64,000 nucleotides of DNA, taken from contig CBDUQW010000006.1 in assembly GCA_965369625.1 (NCBI GenBank), forward strand, positions 4,064 to 68,063. Direction: 5' to 3'. The notes under the pieces were generated by a model, which saw only the letters and a list, made by a program, of their open reading frames with translations, had not been told where the DNA came from and did no database searches. The position numbers were made by a program, and so were the translations under genes. Shown here one piece after another: positions 43,704-54,900 of this stretch (positions are counted from its first letter, which is position 1; every line of letters starts with the position of its first letter). Source of the stretch: an uncultured Thermoplasmata archaeon. GTDB taxonomy: Archaea; Thermoplasmatota; DTKX01; GCA-020343715.

Positions 43704-46700
43704 CTATCTCCACGGGGGCTTGGGAGGCACGCTGGGCCCCTCCTGATGGTCCGGCGGGGGCGGAGGGAGGGGGCGGGCCGGCTGGGGCTGGGGCTGGGGC
43801 TCCTCGACGGGTGCGGGTTCCTCCTCGGTCACTGGTGCGGGTTCCTCCTCGGTCACTGGCGCGGGTTCGGGTGGGATCTCGGGGAAGCCGTGTCCCTTGG
43901 CCCACGGGGGGGTCTCGTGGAGGAATCCATCCTCCTCGATGACCTCCTCCTCGTGGGACCTGTCCCGACGGGACCGGACACCGGGGTAGATGATGGCCAT
44001 CCCGATGATCAGCACCACGAGGATGAGGGCGATGGACACTCCCCATCCCGCTCCCATGATGCCCGTGGGGGGTGGCTCATCGGAGTACCTGGTGACGTTG
44101 ACCACGGTGGTCGCGCTGTTGCCAGCGGCGTCGTAGGCCACCACCCTGAGGGCGTTCTTGCCCTTCTGGAGGTGGATCGCCTCGGTGAACTCGCCGTTGG
44201 GTCCGAGGACCACGGGAACGTTGTTGATCCTGACCTCGTCCCCCTCCTCGAGGATGCCGCTGACCTCCACTATCTCGTTGGGAGTGCGCTCCACCATCGC
44301 CGACAGGTAGAGGACGGGAGCCACCAGGTCGTGGTCGATCTCCAGGACCAGGTGGGCCTTGTTGCCAACATCGTCCTCGGCCATGATATGGATGGTGTTG
44401 AGACCCCGCACCAGGGGGTAGGCGTCGTACCTGAACGTGTTCTCCAGGCGCACCAGGTATATCAGGTCGAAGTCGTCGTGCTGGGGCTCTCCCCAGATAG
44501 TCAGGTCCACGTCGGTGTCCACGCGGCCATATATACGGACCGAGGACTCGCGGGTCTCGAGGTACAGCTCCGGCTCCTCCAGCTCCAGGTCGGGCGGGGT
44601 GGTGTCCAGGAGGATGGTGTATCTGCGGGAGTTGTAGTTGCGGGCGTTGTCCCAGGCCTCGATGGTGATGTGGTTGACGCCCTCGTCGAGGCGGAAGTCC
44701 TTGGAGAAGGCCTGGTCCACCACCTCCACCAGCAGCCCGTTGATGATCACCATGCCCACCGTGGGGTCGTCGATGGTGCCTCGGATGTCGAGGTACCGCT
44801 GGTTGGTCAAGATGTCGCCCTGGGGGCTCTCGACCCGCAGCAGGGGCGGGATGCTGTCCAGGTGCACGTCCCTGACAACCCTCAGGATGTTGTTCGCCCG
44901 GTCCACGGCCTCGACGATGATGCTGTTGAGGCCCTCGGACAGGTAGATGGTCTCGGCGAAGCGGCCGCCGTAGGTGTCTATCGGCTTGCCGTTCACCCGG
45001 ATGGTGGCCCCCAGCTCGGTGATGCCCTTGACCTCCAGCTGGGAGACGTTGGTCCAGGTGTCCTGCTCGGGGCTGGTCAGGATGAGCTTGGGGATGGTGG
45101 AATCCCGGACGATGGCCTTGTGCACCTCGGCGGTGTTGCCCACGTGGTCGGTGGCGGTGATGCGGAACTCGTTGGAGCCGCTGTGTATCTCCTGGGTCGA
45201 CGACCAAGTGCCGTCGGGCAGTACCTCCACCTCCTGCCGGTTGATGATGAGGCTCACCTGACCGTGGACCTTGCCGCGCAACGTGTAGTTCACCGAGGAT
45301 GTGTACCATGTGTCCTTGACGGGGTCCAGCACCTCTATGGTGGGAGGTGTCAGGTCGATCTGGATATTCTCCACCGTCATCAACACGTCGTTGCCCGCGT
45401 TGTCCTCGGCCTGGATGTAGATCGTGTGGGTACCCTCCTCCAGCTCGAGGACGACGAGCCAGGTCTGCTCCTCGCGGCCGGCGATGATCCAGTTCTCGCC
45501 GTCGGTCGAGACCTTGGTGGTGTTCATGCCCGCACCCACATCGGTGCACATGCCCCTGACCTCCAGGAGCACGTCGTTCTGGGCATGGCCCTCGCCGGGG
45601 CTGAAGACGTAGATGACCGGGTCCACGTCGTCGTCGATGAGTATGCGGGCGTCCAGGTTGGAGATGAACACGAACTCCTTGCCCGTCGTGGAGGATTCGA
45701 GCCCGGCGCTGTAGGCCTTGATGTACAGCGGGGAGTTCGACACCTCCGTCTGGGAGCTGGATACGACGTAGATGGTCTTGGACGTCACGATCAGGGGACC
45801 GATGGTGCCGTTCTCGTCGGCGATGCCGCCGTAGACGAAGGCCTCGGATTTGTTGAAGACCTGGACGAAGGCGCCCGGGATGGGCATGAGGTTCTGCCAG
45901 GTCACCTCGATGTCCAGGTAGTACATGATGCGCACCGTGGAGCCAGCATAGGAGTAGCTCTCGACGCGGAGGGGGCTGAAGGTGCAGTTGACGGCGTCCA
46001 CCTTCGTCGACTGGAGCATGAAGGTGGCCTGGTCGGTGGACCTGATGCTTGAGTTGGCCATGAAGATGTAGGCGCCGTTCCAGCTGGTGGTGTAGATACC
46101 GTAGTCGCCGCCTATCAGCTCGCTCCCCAGTATCCTGACCTTGGGCGCAGGGTTCCCGTAGGAGACGTAGAGGTTCGTCGCCAGGCCAGGTCGTGCGTCC
46201 AGGTAGCAGTCCTGGATCCTGTGGTTGCCCTGACCCACGTAGATGTTGTAGGCATTGCTCACTACGTTGTTGTCGTTGGAGAAGTTGATCAGGTGGAGGG
46301 TGGTCCCGTAGACCCAGATGTTGGCGATCACGAGGTTGCCGCCGGCAGAGGAGTTGGCCACGGTCATGGTCCCGCCCCCCTCCGCGATGTAGATGCCTCC
46401 CGAGGGGCTGTACACGGTGGTGCCCCGGAGGTAGCGGTTGCCGTTCACGGTGCATCCGTCCACGAGCGAGGGATAGCCGCCGTCCATCCCGTAGATGCCG
46501 AAGACGTCGTTGTTCTGGAAGGACGAGTCGTGGACCGTGGGATGGGCGCTGGTGCCGACGCACACCAGCCCTCCCTCGGGGATATCGTCCCAGAAGAACT
46601 GCTCGAAGAATATCTGCCGCACCCCGTCGACGGTGCGATCGGGGGGCTGGTCGCCGTTGTTCCTGAAGGTGCAACCGGTGATGTTGGGAGCGGAGTTGTA

Positions 46701-47462
46701 GTCCAGCAGGCCGCGGCCGAAGGTCATCACGCCGTTGTAGTAGTAGGAGGTGGAGTAGAACTGGTTGGCGGTGTTGCGCAGGCCGTTGTTGCGGAAGACG
46801 CAGTCGGTGATGTTGGAATCCGAGTCCTCGAGGTAGAGGCCCGTGGCGTCCACGTACCAGCCATAGATGGTGGCGCCCCACTGGTAGCTGTAGCCGTTGT
46901 AGTTGTACGTGCTCACGTACTCGGCGTTGTAGAACTCGCAGTCGGTGATCTCGATGGCGACGCCGCTGACGAACACGTTGATGCGCTGGCTGTCGTGGAA
47001 CTTCGACCTGACCAGCCGGGAGTTGTCGTCGTATATCTGGACGCCTCCCGCGATGTCATCCCAGAGGTTCCACCTGAGGGAGTTCGCCGCCAGGTCCCGG
47101 ACGTCGGAGTCCACTATCACCAGCTGGCCCTGGGCCTCGAACCAGATGTGGAGGCCAGGATCGGAGGACTTGAGGGTCACGTTGGCCAGCTCCAGGGTCG
47201 AGCCCGCCTCGACGTAGATCAGGAGGCCACCGTCGACCGAGGGGTCCATGGTGAGGGTCATCTCGTCCAGCTTGAGCGAGCCGCTGCTGTTCACGGTGAG
47301 GTTGCCGGCCAGGACCAGGTCCTCGTCCCAGTACGTCACGTCCTCGACCACCCAGTCGTCCCCCGCCGTCGACGGCGGGTCGGTCTGGGCCGTGGCGAGG
47401 GCGGCGACGGCAACAAGGACCAGGAGGGCGGCCATAGGCAGGATGCTGGCAAGGCGCCTCAT
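43704..47462 (-). CDS. Giant surface protein C: beta-helix/Ig-like paralogue
   Basis: 1252 aa. Signal peptide followed by AQTDPPSTAGDDW. Beta-helix region is followed by Ig-like modules (LTPPTIEVLDP, STIPKLILTSP, SIPPLLRVESP, TTPPDLELEEP). Transmembrane helix plus a tail with the duplicated motif APVTEEEPAPVTEEEPAPVEE. Confidence 0.75.
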   Translation of the reverse strand: MRRLASILPMAALLVLVAVAALATAQTDPPSTAGDDWVVEDVTYWDEDLVLAGNLTVNSSGSLKLDEMTLTMDPSVDGGLLIYVEAGSTLELANVTLKSSDPGLHIWFEAQGQLVIVDSDVRDLAANSLRWNLWDDIAGGVQIYDDNSRLVRSKFHDSQRINVFVSGVAIEITDCEFYNAEYVSTYNYNGYSYQWGATIYGWYVDATGLYLEDSDSNITDCVFRNNGLRNTANQFYSTSYYYNGVMTFGRGLLDYNSAPNITGCTFRNNGDQPPDRTVDGVRQIFFEQFFWDDIPEGGLVCVGTSAHPTVHDSSFQNNDVFGIYGMDGGYPSLVDGCTVNGNRYLRGTTVYSPSGGIYIAEGGGTMTVANSSAGGNLVIANIWVYGTTLHLINFSNDNNVVSNAYNIYVGQGNHRIQDCYLDARPGLATNLYVSYGNPAPKVRILGSELIGGDYGIYTTSWNGAYIFMANSSIRSTDQATFMLQSTKVDAVNCTFSPLRVESYSYAGSTVRIMYYLDIEVTWQNLMPIPGAFVQVFNKSEAFVYGGIADENGTIGPLIVTSKTIYVVSSSQTEVSNSPLYIKAYSAGLESSTTGKEFVFISNLDARILIDDDVDPVIYVFSPGEGHAQNDVLLEVRGMCTDVGAGMNTTKVSTDGENWIIAGREEQTWLVVLELEEGTHTIYIQAEDNAGNDVLMTVENIQIDLTPPTIEVLDPVKDTWYTSSVNYTLRGKVHGQVSLIINRQEVEVLPDGTWSSTQEIHSGSNEFRITATDHVGNTAEVHKAIVRDSTIPKLILTSPEQDTWTNVSQLEVKGITELGATIRVNGKPIDTYGGRFAETIYLSEGLNSIIVEAVDRANNILRVVRDVHLDSIPPLLRVESPQGDILTNQRYLDIRGTIDDPTVGMVIINGLLVEVVDQAFSKDFRLDEGVNHITIEAWDNARNYNSRRYTILLDTTPPDLELEEPELYLETRESSVRIYGRVDTDVDLTIWGEPQHDDFDLIYLVRLENTFRYDAYPLVRGLNTIHIMAEDDVGNKAHLVLEIDHDLVAPVLYLSAMVERTPNEIVEVSGILEEGDEVRINNVPVVLGPNGEFTEAIHLQKGKNALRVVAYDAAGNSATTVVNVTRYSDEPPPTGIMGAGWGVSIALILVVLIIGMAIIYPGVRSRRDRSHEEEVIEEDGFLHETPPWAKGHGFPEIPPEPAPVTEEEPAPVTEEEPAPVEEPQPQPQPARPLPPPPPDHQEGPSVPPKPPWR

Positions 47463-50400
47463 TCGGATGGCACCCCCTTGCGCCTCTCGAGGATGTAGAG
47501 CACGATCATGCCGATGGCGAGGCCGACGAACAGGAAGAGCACGAGCACGAGCCAGCTGGCGTCGCCCAGGCCCATGATCCCGGTGTCGTCCACCTGGAGG
47601 GCCGCCCTCTCGATGGCGACCTCCTCGGTGTGGGTGTTGCCCGCGGCGTCGACGGCCTTCACGACGAACACGTTGTCGCCCATCTGGAGGGGCACGTAGG
47701 CCGCGAAGTAGCCCCGATTGTTGGGCTGGATGGGGACGTCGTTGATGGTCATGAGGACCACGTCCTCCACGTCGACCACCATCCCGGTGATGTTGGTGAA
47801 GTCGGAGGTTCTCGTGGGGGAGGTCTCGTACACCGTGAAGGAGGGGGCCTTGGTGTCACGGTACACCCTCAGCTCCTTGGTGACGGTGTTGCCCACCTCG
47901 TCCATGGCCACTATGGTCAGGACGTTGGGCTCGCCTCCGGGAGGTGTCTCCGTGAGGGTCGCCTCGTGGGCGAAGAACCCGCCGGTGACCGGGACCTCCT
48001 CGTCGTCGATGGTGAGCATGGAGCCCACATCGACGCGGCCGTGGACCAGCACCGTCTCCTCGGTAGAGTAGGCACCGTCCTCGGGGCCGTCGATGACCAG
48101 GTCGGGCGCCGAGATGTCCAGTAGCAGGGTGTAGGTGCGGGAGATGGAGTTGCCCGCCATGTCCGTGACCTCCACCAGGATGACGTTCTCGCCCTCGCTC
48201 AGCTTGAAGCTCTTGCTGAAGGAGTTCTTGCGGATGGGCAGGGGCACCTGGTTGACCCTGACCTCCTTGACGTCGGGCCCCACGGTGCCGGACACCGTGA
48301 TGGTGGAGTGGCTGACGGCCTCGTCGCGGACGGGGTAGGTCATCTGGACGTCGGGCGGGGTAACGTCGTAGATGACGTCCCGCCTGACCACCTTGTAGTT
48401 CCTGGCCAGGTCGACGGCCACGATGAGGATGATGTTGGTCCCCTCCTGGAGGGTCATCGGCATCGTGAACAGGCCGTTCTCGACCTGGATGGGCAGGTCG
48501 TTGATGGTCACGACCACGTCGATCTCCGTCAGGCCGGAGATCTCCAGGACCCTTCTGTTGGTCACCAGGTCCTCAGTGGGGCTCTCCACCAGCAGGATGG
48601 GTGCGCTGATGTCCTGGTAGATCCGGATGAGGGAGATGTTCTTGTTACCAACGAGGTCGACGGCCATGACCTCGTAGGTGTTGAGGCCCTCCTGCTGATC
48701 GGACAGCTGGGTGGAGAAGGAGCCGCCATGGGTGGTCAGCTCGACGCCGTTGAGGAAGACCTTCGCACCTATCTCCGCCTGCCCGTTGATCAGCACTGTG
48801 CTCTGGTTGGTGTAGATGAAGTCGCTCTTGGGCGAGGTGATCCTCAACCAAGGCTCGCTGAGGTCGACGGTGACGTTCCTGATGATGTAGAGCTGGCTGG
48901 CGCCAGCGATGTCCACGCCGCGGACCTGCATGTCGTACACGCCCTCGGGCAGGTCCAGGGAGAGGTTCCACCTCAGGTTCCCGTCGGCGCGGTGCCATGT
49001 CTCGCCCTCGTCGGCCGAGACCTCGACCCGTTCCAGGCCGGACCCCACATCGACGGCGATCCCGAGAAGGCGCATCGTCGTTATGTTCTGGGCGTGGTCC
49101 TTTTTCGGTGCGTAGATCTCGACGTTGGGGGGAAGGTTATCGACCACGATGCACTGGAAGAAGGTGTTCTTGTCGAAGGTGACGGTGTACATCTCGGACT
49201 CGATGGCGTTGGCGTAGGCCGATATCTTGAGGGGGCTGTTGACCACCGAGACCTTGTTGTTGGAGGTGCCGGACAGCCTGGTCTGGAGGAGCGTCCTGGT
49301 GGGCATCTTGCCCTGGTCGTCCGCCTTGTTGGCCTGGAGCAGGCCATTGGACTCGTTGAAGATCTGGACGATGGCGGAGGGCACGGGAACGCCGTTCTGC
49401 CACGTCACCTGCACGTTCAACCTCCAGTAGATGTTCACCTCGGCGGAATAGTACCCCAGCTCGATGTCGCTGCGCTGGATGGTCACGTTGTAGAAGTCCA
49501 CCCGGCCGTTGTTCGCGTACACCTTCTTCGAGCAGTTGTTTATCCACGTGTCGTGGATCTCGACCAGGCCGGTGTCGGTGATGTAGATGGCCCGCTGGCA
49601 GAAGGTGATGTTGAGCTCGCGGATGTCGATGTTCCCGCTCCCCTGCTGGATGTAGATGGCCGACTCGTAGCGAACGTTCCTGGCCTCGGCCGTGCCGTTG
49701 AAGGTGTTGTTGAAGGCGGTGATGGTCCCCCGGCCGTTGATGTAGAGGCCATAGTAGAAGAAATCGTACATCTTGTTGTTCTTCATGATGGTGTCGCCCG
49801 AGAAGATGCCAACACAGCTGCCGCCGTTGGTCCAGAACTCGTTGTTCTTGATGGCGGACTTGCCACCGGTCTGGTATATCCCGTGGGCCTGCCTGGTATA
49901 GGAGTAGTAACCCTGGTAGTTCTCGGTGAAGTTGCACCCCGTGACCTCGAGGATGAGGGGGTCCTGGGCGCGCACGGCGCCCCGGTACTCCTGGCTATAG
50001 AAGTAGAAGTAGATGTACCGGTTCTCGGAGGGGATGTACATCCTGTAGGACGAGGAGGTGTGCATCCTGCCTATGTCGGTGAAGATACAGTCGATGATCT
50101 TGGGCGAGCCCCTGAGGGTGTAGACGGCCATGCCGTTCAGCCGGAGGTATGTGGTCGAGTAGCTCCCCCAGTCGGTGTAAGCGGTGGAGTAGTCGCCCAG
50201 CTCGGTGAAGGTGCAACCCTCGATCCTGGGGGCGCCGTCGATGACCACGATCCCGAAGGCCTCCCTGTACACGTAGTTGGAGCTCTTGTAGTAGGTGTAG
50301 TACGCCGACCGCTGGAAGGTGGTGTTGATGATGGTGGGGTTGGCGTTGGTGATGACCATGGCCACCCGCGGGTTGTCGGTGAAGGTGCACTCGGTGATGG

Positions 50401-50869
50401 TCACCGAGTGGGACTTGACCTGCATGCCGCCCTGGAGGGCGCTGGAGGTGGAGGACGTGTCGTGCCACAGGCCCGACACCGTCACCCCGTCCATGTCGAC
50501 GGTGGCCCCGTCGTCGATGATGAACCTGTAGGTGTAGGACTTGCTGCTGTGGGTGATGGAGCCTCCGTCGAAGGTGAGCTCTGCGTTGTTCCTTATCCTG
50601 ATGCTGGTGCCTCCGACGCTGGCATGGGACATGACCAGGTCCACATCGTTCAGCGTGAGCGTGCCACCGCTGTAGACGTAGAGGTTGCCGCGGAGGGTCA
50701 CCCTCTGGTTCGAGATCGTGGTGGAATCGTAGATGTTCCAGTCACCGGAGCTGGGAGGGTTCGTCTGGGCCTCGGCATCCTCGGGGGCGATGACGAGGGC
50801 GAGCACTACAACGAACAACAGTCCCAGGGCGATGGAAAGCCCTATCCTGCTTGACATCTGGCCAGTCAT
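47459..50869 (-). CDS. Giant surface protein D: beta-helix/Ig-like paralogue
   Basis: 1136 aa. Signal peptide followed by AQTNPPSSGDW. Beta-helix region is followed by Ig-like modules (LSEPWLRITSP, ISAPILLVESP, VTPPDVQMTYP, ISAPDLVIDGP). C-terminal transmembrane helix. Its stop overlaps the gene C start (ATGA). Confidence 0.75.
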   Translation of the reverse strand: MTGQMSSRIGLSIALGLLFVVVLALVIAPEDAEAQTNPPSSGDWNIYDSTTISNQRVTLRGNLYVYSGGTLTLNDVDLVMSHASVGGTSIRIRNNAELTFDGGSITHSSKSYTYRFIIDDGATVDMDGVTVSGLWHDTSSTSSALQGGMQVKSHSVTITECTFTDNPRVAMVITNANPTIINTTFQRSAYYTYYKSSNYVYREAFGIVVIDGAPRIEGCTFTELGDYSTAYTDWGSYSTTYLRLNGMAVYTLRGSPKIIDCIFTDIGRMHTSSSYRMYIPSENRYIYFYFYSQEYRGAVRAQDPLILEVTGCNFTENYQGYYSYTRQAHGIYQTGGKSAIKNNEFWTNGGSCVGIFSGDTIMKNNKMYDFFYYGLYINGRGTITAFNNTFNGTAEARNVRYESAIYIQQGSGNIDIRELNITFCQRAIYITDTGLVEIHDTWINNCSKKVYANNGRVDFYNVTIQRSDIELGYYSAEVNIYWRLNVQVTWQNGVPVPSAIVQIFNESNGLLQANKADDQGKMPTRTLLQTRLSGTSNNKVSVVNSPLKISAYANAIESEMYTVTFDKNTFFQCIVVDNLPPNVEIYAPKKDHAQNITTMRLLGIAVDVGSGLERVEVSADEGETWHRADGNLRWNLSLDLPEGVYDMQVRGVDIAGASQLYIIRNVTVDLSEPWLRITSPKSDFIYTNQSTVLINGQAEIGAKVFLNGVELTTHGGSFSTQLSDQQEGLNTYEVMAVDLVGNKNISLIRIYQDISAPILLVESPTEDLVTNRRVLEISGLTEIDVVVTINDLPIQVENGLFTMPMTLQEGTNIILIVAVDLARNYKVVRRDVIYDVTPPDVQMTYPVRDEAVSHSTITVSGTVGPDVKEVRVNQVPLPIRKNSFSKSFKLSEGENVILVEVTDMAGNSISRTYTLLLDISAPDLVIDGPEDGAYSTEETVLVHGRVDVGSMLTIDDEEVPVTGGFFAHEATLTETPPGGEPNVLTIVAMDEVGNTVTKELRVYRDTKAPSFTVYETSPTRTSDFTNITGMVVDVEDVVLMTINDVPIQPNNRGYFAAYVPLQMGDNVFVVKAVDAAGNTHTEEVAIERAALQVDDTGIMGLGDASWLVLVLFLFVGLAIGMIVLYILERRKGVPSE

Positions 50870-50949
50870 ATGACTACCCTTAGTTAGGAAGCGGCTGGCC
50901 GTATAAACAATTTATGGTTTGGGGTTGTACCTCACCAACAGTGAGCCAG

Positions 50950-51891
50950 TCATGCCAGGTGGGGCTCGTCGATGAGGGCCATGGCACCCTCGCCGCCGGG
51001 TCTCCAGATGGCGTAGGCCATCCGCGGTGTGTTGAAGTCGGCGGTGATGGCCCCGTCGGGGGTCACCAGGATCACACCGCCACGCCCCTCGTGGCGCTCC
51101 AGCATCTCTGCCAGGGCGGCCCCGGCCGCCGGCGTTGGGGCCATCCCCCGCTCGATGAACTCCAGGACGCGACGGCTCAGGCAGCTGATGATGATGGGCT
51201 CGCCCCAGCCAGTGGCCGAGACCGCGCCGGTCGCATTGTCGGCATAGGCGCCCGCGCCCACCAGGGGTGAGTCGCCGACACGGCCCATGCGCTTCTTGGG
51301 CGTGCCCCCTGTGGAGGTGGCGGCGGCCGTGTCCCCGGCGCGGTCGATGGCCACGGCACCCACGGTGTCCCCGGGTGTGTCCCAGCTGGGTCGCGCTCCC
51401 GGCGGCTCGAAGATGACCCGGGCCCGGAACTTCGGGTCCTTCCGGAGGGCCTTCCAGCGCTCCAGTTCACGACCCACGAGGAGCTCCTCCTCGGGGGTCG
51501 CCTCGACGCCCATCTCCGCAGCGAATATGTTGGCCCCCTCGCCCACCAGCATCACGTGGTCCGTATGTTCCATGACCATGCGCGCCAGGGATACGGGGTG
51601 GAGTATGTTGCGGACCGCCGCGACCGACCCCGCCTTGAGGACCGCGCCGTCCATGATGACGGCGTCCATCTCCACCGCGCCCTCGCGATTGAGGAAGGAC
51701 CCGCGACCAGCGTCGAAGGTGGGGTCCTCCTCCATCGTGCGGATGGCGGCCTCCACGGCGTCCAGTGCGGTGCCTCCGCCCTCGAGGACCTGACCGCCCT
51801 CCTCGGCGGCCGCCCGGCAGCCCTCCAGGTGGGCCTCCACCACCCTATCCGGGATGGCCCAGGCCCCTCCGTGCACGATGATGCCCTCCAT
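50950..51891 (-). CDS. Isoaspartyl peptidase / L-asparaginase (Ntn-hydrolase, plant-type asparaginase family)
   Basis: Nucleophile region GTVGAVAIDRAGDTAAATSTGG. N-terminus IIVHGGAW. Overall length and order match asparaginase-2/taspase. Confidence 0.8.
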   Translation of the reverse strand: MEGIIVHGGAWAIPDRVVEAHLEGCRAAAEEGGQVLEGGGTALDAVEAAIRTMEEDPTFDAGRGSFLNREGAVEMDAVIMDGAVLKAGSVAAVRNILHPVSLARMVMEHTDHVMLVGEGANIFAAEMGVEATPEEELLVGRELERWKALRKDPKFRARVIFEPPGARPSWDTPGDTVGAVAIDRAGDTAAATSTGGTPKKRMGRVGDSPLVGAGAYADNATGAVSATGWGEPIIISCLSRRVLEFIERGMAPTPAAGAALAEMLERHEGRGGVILVTPDGAITADFNTPRMAYAIWRPGGEGAMALIDEPHLA

Positions 51892-51978
51892 CTGTTCCAG
51901 CTCCGGCTCTGTGACGTCGAGTGCGGGTGAGAGGGGGTCGTGCTGGGAGAGGCGGGGGGGATGGTAGGGGTGGGTCCC

Positions 51979-54900
51979 TCAGTCCTCCTTCTCCTTCTCC
52001 TCATCCTCGGACGAGGATTCCAGATCCTCCTCCAGCTCGTCGAGGAGCGCGGCCGCGTCGGCCTCCTCATCGGCCTCTTCCTCGACCTCTTCCTCGGTCT
52101 CCTCTTCGGCTGCCTCGTCGTCGGTCCCCTCGGTCTCGGGGGTGTCCATGTGGTAGGCAGGCACAGCCCGCTCCTCCACGACGCCTGGGGGCACCTTCTC
52201 GATGGGACCGGTGTCCTCCGGCGGGGGAGCATCACTGTGCATCTCCTCCATCAGCCGCCTGGCCTCCACTTCGGCCTCCTGGGATGCCTTGTCCTGCTCG
52301 GCCAGCCAGTCACCGAGGCCGGCCTCGACGTCGTGGTGCTCGGGCTCGGCCTCGCCCCGCTCCTCGTAGGCCTCCTCGTAGAGGGTGGCGATGTCGGGCC
52401 TCTGGGTCTCGGGGGAGGATTCCGCCAAGGGGGCAGCCCGAATCTCGCGGTCCGTCACGACCTCATCCCGGGCGCCAGAGCGGCTCACCAGGAAGATGGC
52501 TATTACCACCACCAGGATGATCACGATGGCGGCGGCGACGTAGATGGCCAGCGAGCCGAAGCCCCCGTCATCCGTCGTCCCGCCGTTGTCGGAGGTGCCG
52601 CCGGACTCGGTCTGGACCTGGATGGAGAAGGCGCCTTGGGGATAGTCCAGGGAGTTGCCGGCCAGATCCTCGACGCCGTACACGAGGATGCTGTAGTCGG
52701 AGGTGCCGTCCAGCTCCTCCGTGACCTCGAAGGTGACCACTGAGCGGACCCGGTTGTACTCCTTGAGGACGGGGATGATGTTGTTGCTGCTGCCGATGTT
52801 CGCCACCAGGGTCGAGGTGTCGAACTTGCCCTTGACCAGGTAGGCCTTGATGGAGTCCAGCTTGACCTCCTCGGTGAAGGTCACCTCGAAGGTGAAGTTG
52901 ATCCTCTCCACGTTCTTGGTCGCGGTCTCGGGCACGGTGGACTCGACCGAGGGACCGGCGAGGTCAACGTAGATGGTGTGGCGGATGCTCATATCCGACT
53001 TGCCTGCATCGTCCTCGGCCTCGGCGGTTACCTCGTTGGGTCCGCTCTTCAGCCGCAGGGTGACCTCGAAGTAGCCATCGTCGTCGCAGTACACGGGGTC
53101 CTGGGGGTACAGGTTGAGGTAGACGGTGATCTTCACGTTGGGCTCGCAGTAACCCCTGAGGACCTGGTCCTTCTCGTTGGTGGACGGCGGCAGATCCAAG
53201 AACACCGGTGGCTCCGGTCTGATGGTGTCCGTCGGGATGACATCCACCCGCAGGGAGTTGGGGGACTCGTTGTCCGCCTCGTCCAAACTCCGGACCACGT
53301 AGGCGTATGGCTGGTTGTTCTCCAGACCGTCTATGTAGAGCCAGTCCTGGGGGTGGTCCACCATGCCGACCTCGACCCACCGGGTCCCGCTCCACTGCAT
53401 GATCACGTAGGCCACGGTGTCGTCGTTGTTGGTGTCCCAGCTGATGTTGACCGCCCTGCCGTTGGGGTCGAGCTCGGTCCTTATTCCCTGGGGGATGTCC
53501 GGTGGATGGGTGTCGGCGGGTCTGGCCGTGACCTCGTTGGACCATTCGGACTCGCTGTCGGCGCCGTCCACCGCCTTGACCCTGAACTGGTAGCTCACCC
53601 CGTTCTCGAGACCGGTGATCTCGTACATGGATGTCCCCTGGCTCACCTGGCCCTTGAGCTCCCACACCGAGCTCGTCTCGTCCCAGATGTAGATCAGGTA
53701 CGACGCGGTGTCATCGGTGTTGAGGTCCCAGGTCAGGCGGAGCATGTTGCCCACGGGGCGTGGCTCCACCGTCAGGCCGGTCGGAGCCACGGGCGGTTCC
53801 GAGTCCACCGTGATGGCGGACACTATCGCCGTGAAGTTGGAAGGGTTGTCGGCCTCGTCGCGGGCCCGCATGCGGTAGTAGTACCGGACGTCGTCCTCCA
53901 GGCCTGTGTCCGTGTATGTGTCATCGTTCATTCCCATGAGGATGACCTCCCGCCAGTCGCCGGTCCTGTTGCTCTCGATGGAGTATGCCACCGTGTCGTC
54001 GGTGTTGAGGTTCCAGGAGATCGTCAGGGCGCGGCCGGATGATACCACCTCGATCCGCAACCCTGTCGGGATGCTCGGGGGCTCCAGGTCGTTCAGGACG
54101 CCCCACACGATGGTGGAGAGGGGACTCTCCAATGGCACCTCGTCCCATGCACGGATCCTGTAGAAGTACCTCGGTCCATCCTCAACGTCGGTGTCGATGT
54201 AGTACGTCATGGGGGCCGACACATTGGTCAGGACCGCCCACTCGCCCGACTTGTTGGACCAGACCTCGTAGTTCGCCGTGTCCTCGTCGCTGGCGGCCCA
54301 GGATACGTTGATACCCATCAGGTCCCGGTCCTCCACGGTCAGGAGGTTGATCACCTTATCGGGTGCCTTGGTGTCGCCGGGGGTGACCGCCACCTCAACA
54401 CTGGGTATGGAATAGGCCTGGACATCGCCGTCGAAGGCCCTCAGCCGGAAACGGTACTCGGTGCCGTCCTCCAATCCCCTTATCACGTGGGTGGTGTTCC
54501 GCTTTGAGACCTTCTCCAGTTCCTCCCAGTCCGTACCGTTCCAGAACTCTATGGCCATCTTGCTTATGTCGTCCGTCTTGGCGGTGTGGTCGTCCCAGGA
54601 TAGACGGACCGCGTTGCCCTCGGCCATTGGCCTGGCGTCAAAGCCAGTTGGCACTACCAGCTTGTAGATCTGGATGATGATGCTGTGGAGCTTGATCTTC
54701 CCCGCCCTGCCCAGGGACACATTGATGGGCACTATCAGGTTGCCGTACTCGTCTTCCTCTCCCTGGTGCGCCTGGATGTAGGCGTTCAGCTTGATGGAGA
54801 AGTCGGGGATCTCCGCGTCCCCCCGTAGGGCATCGCTCTTGCTCCATATCTCCACATCATCCAGGTTGATCTTGGGTGCCGCAGCGTCGGCGCCACCGTA

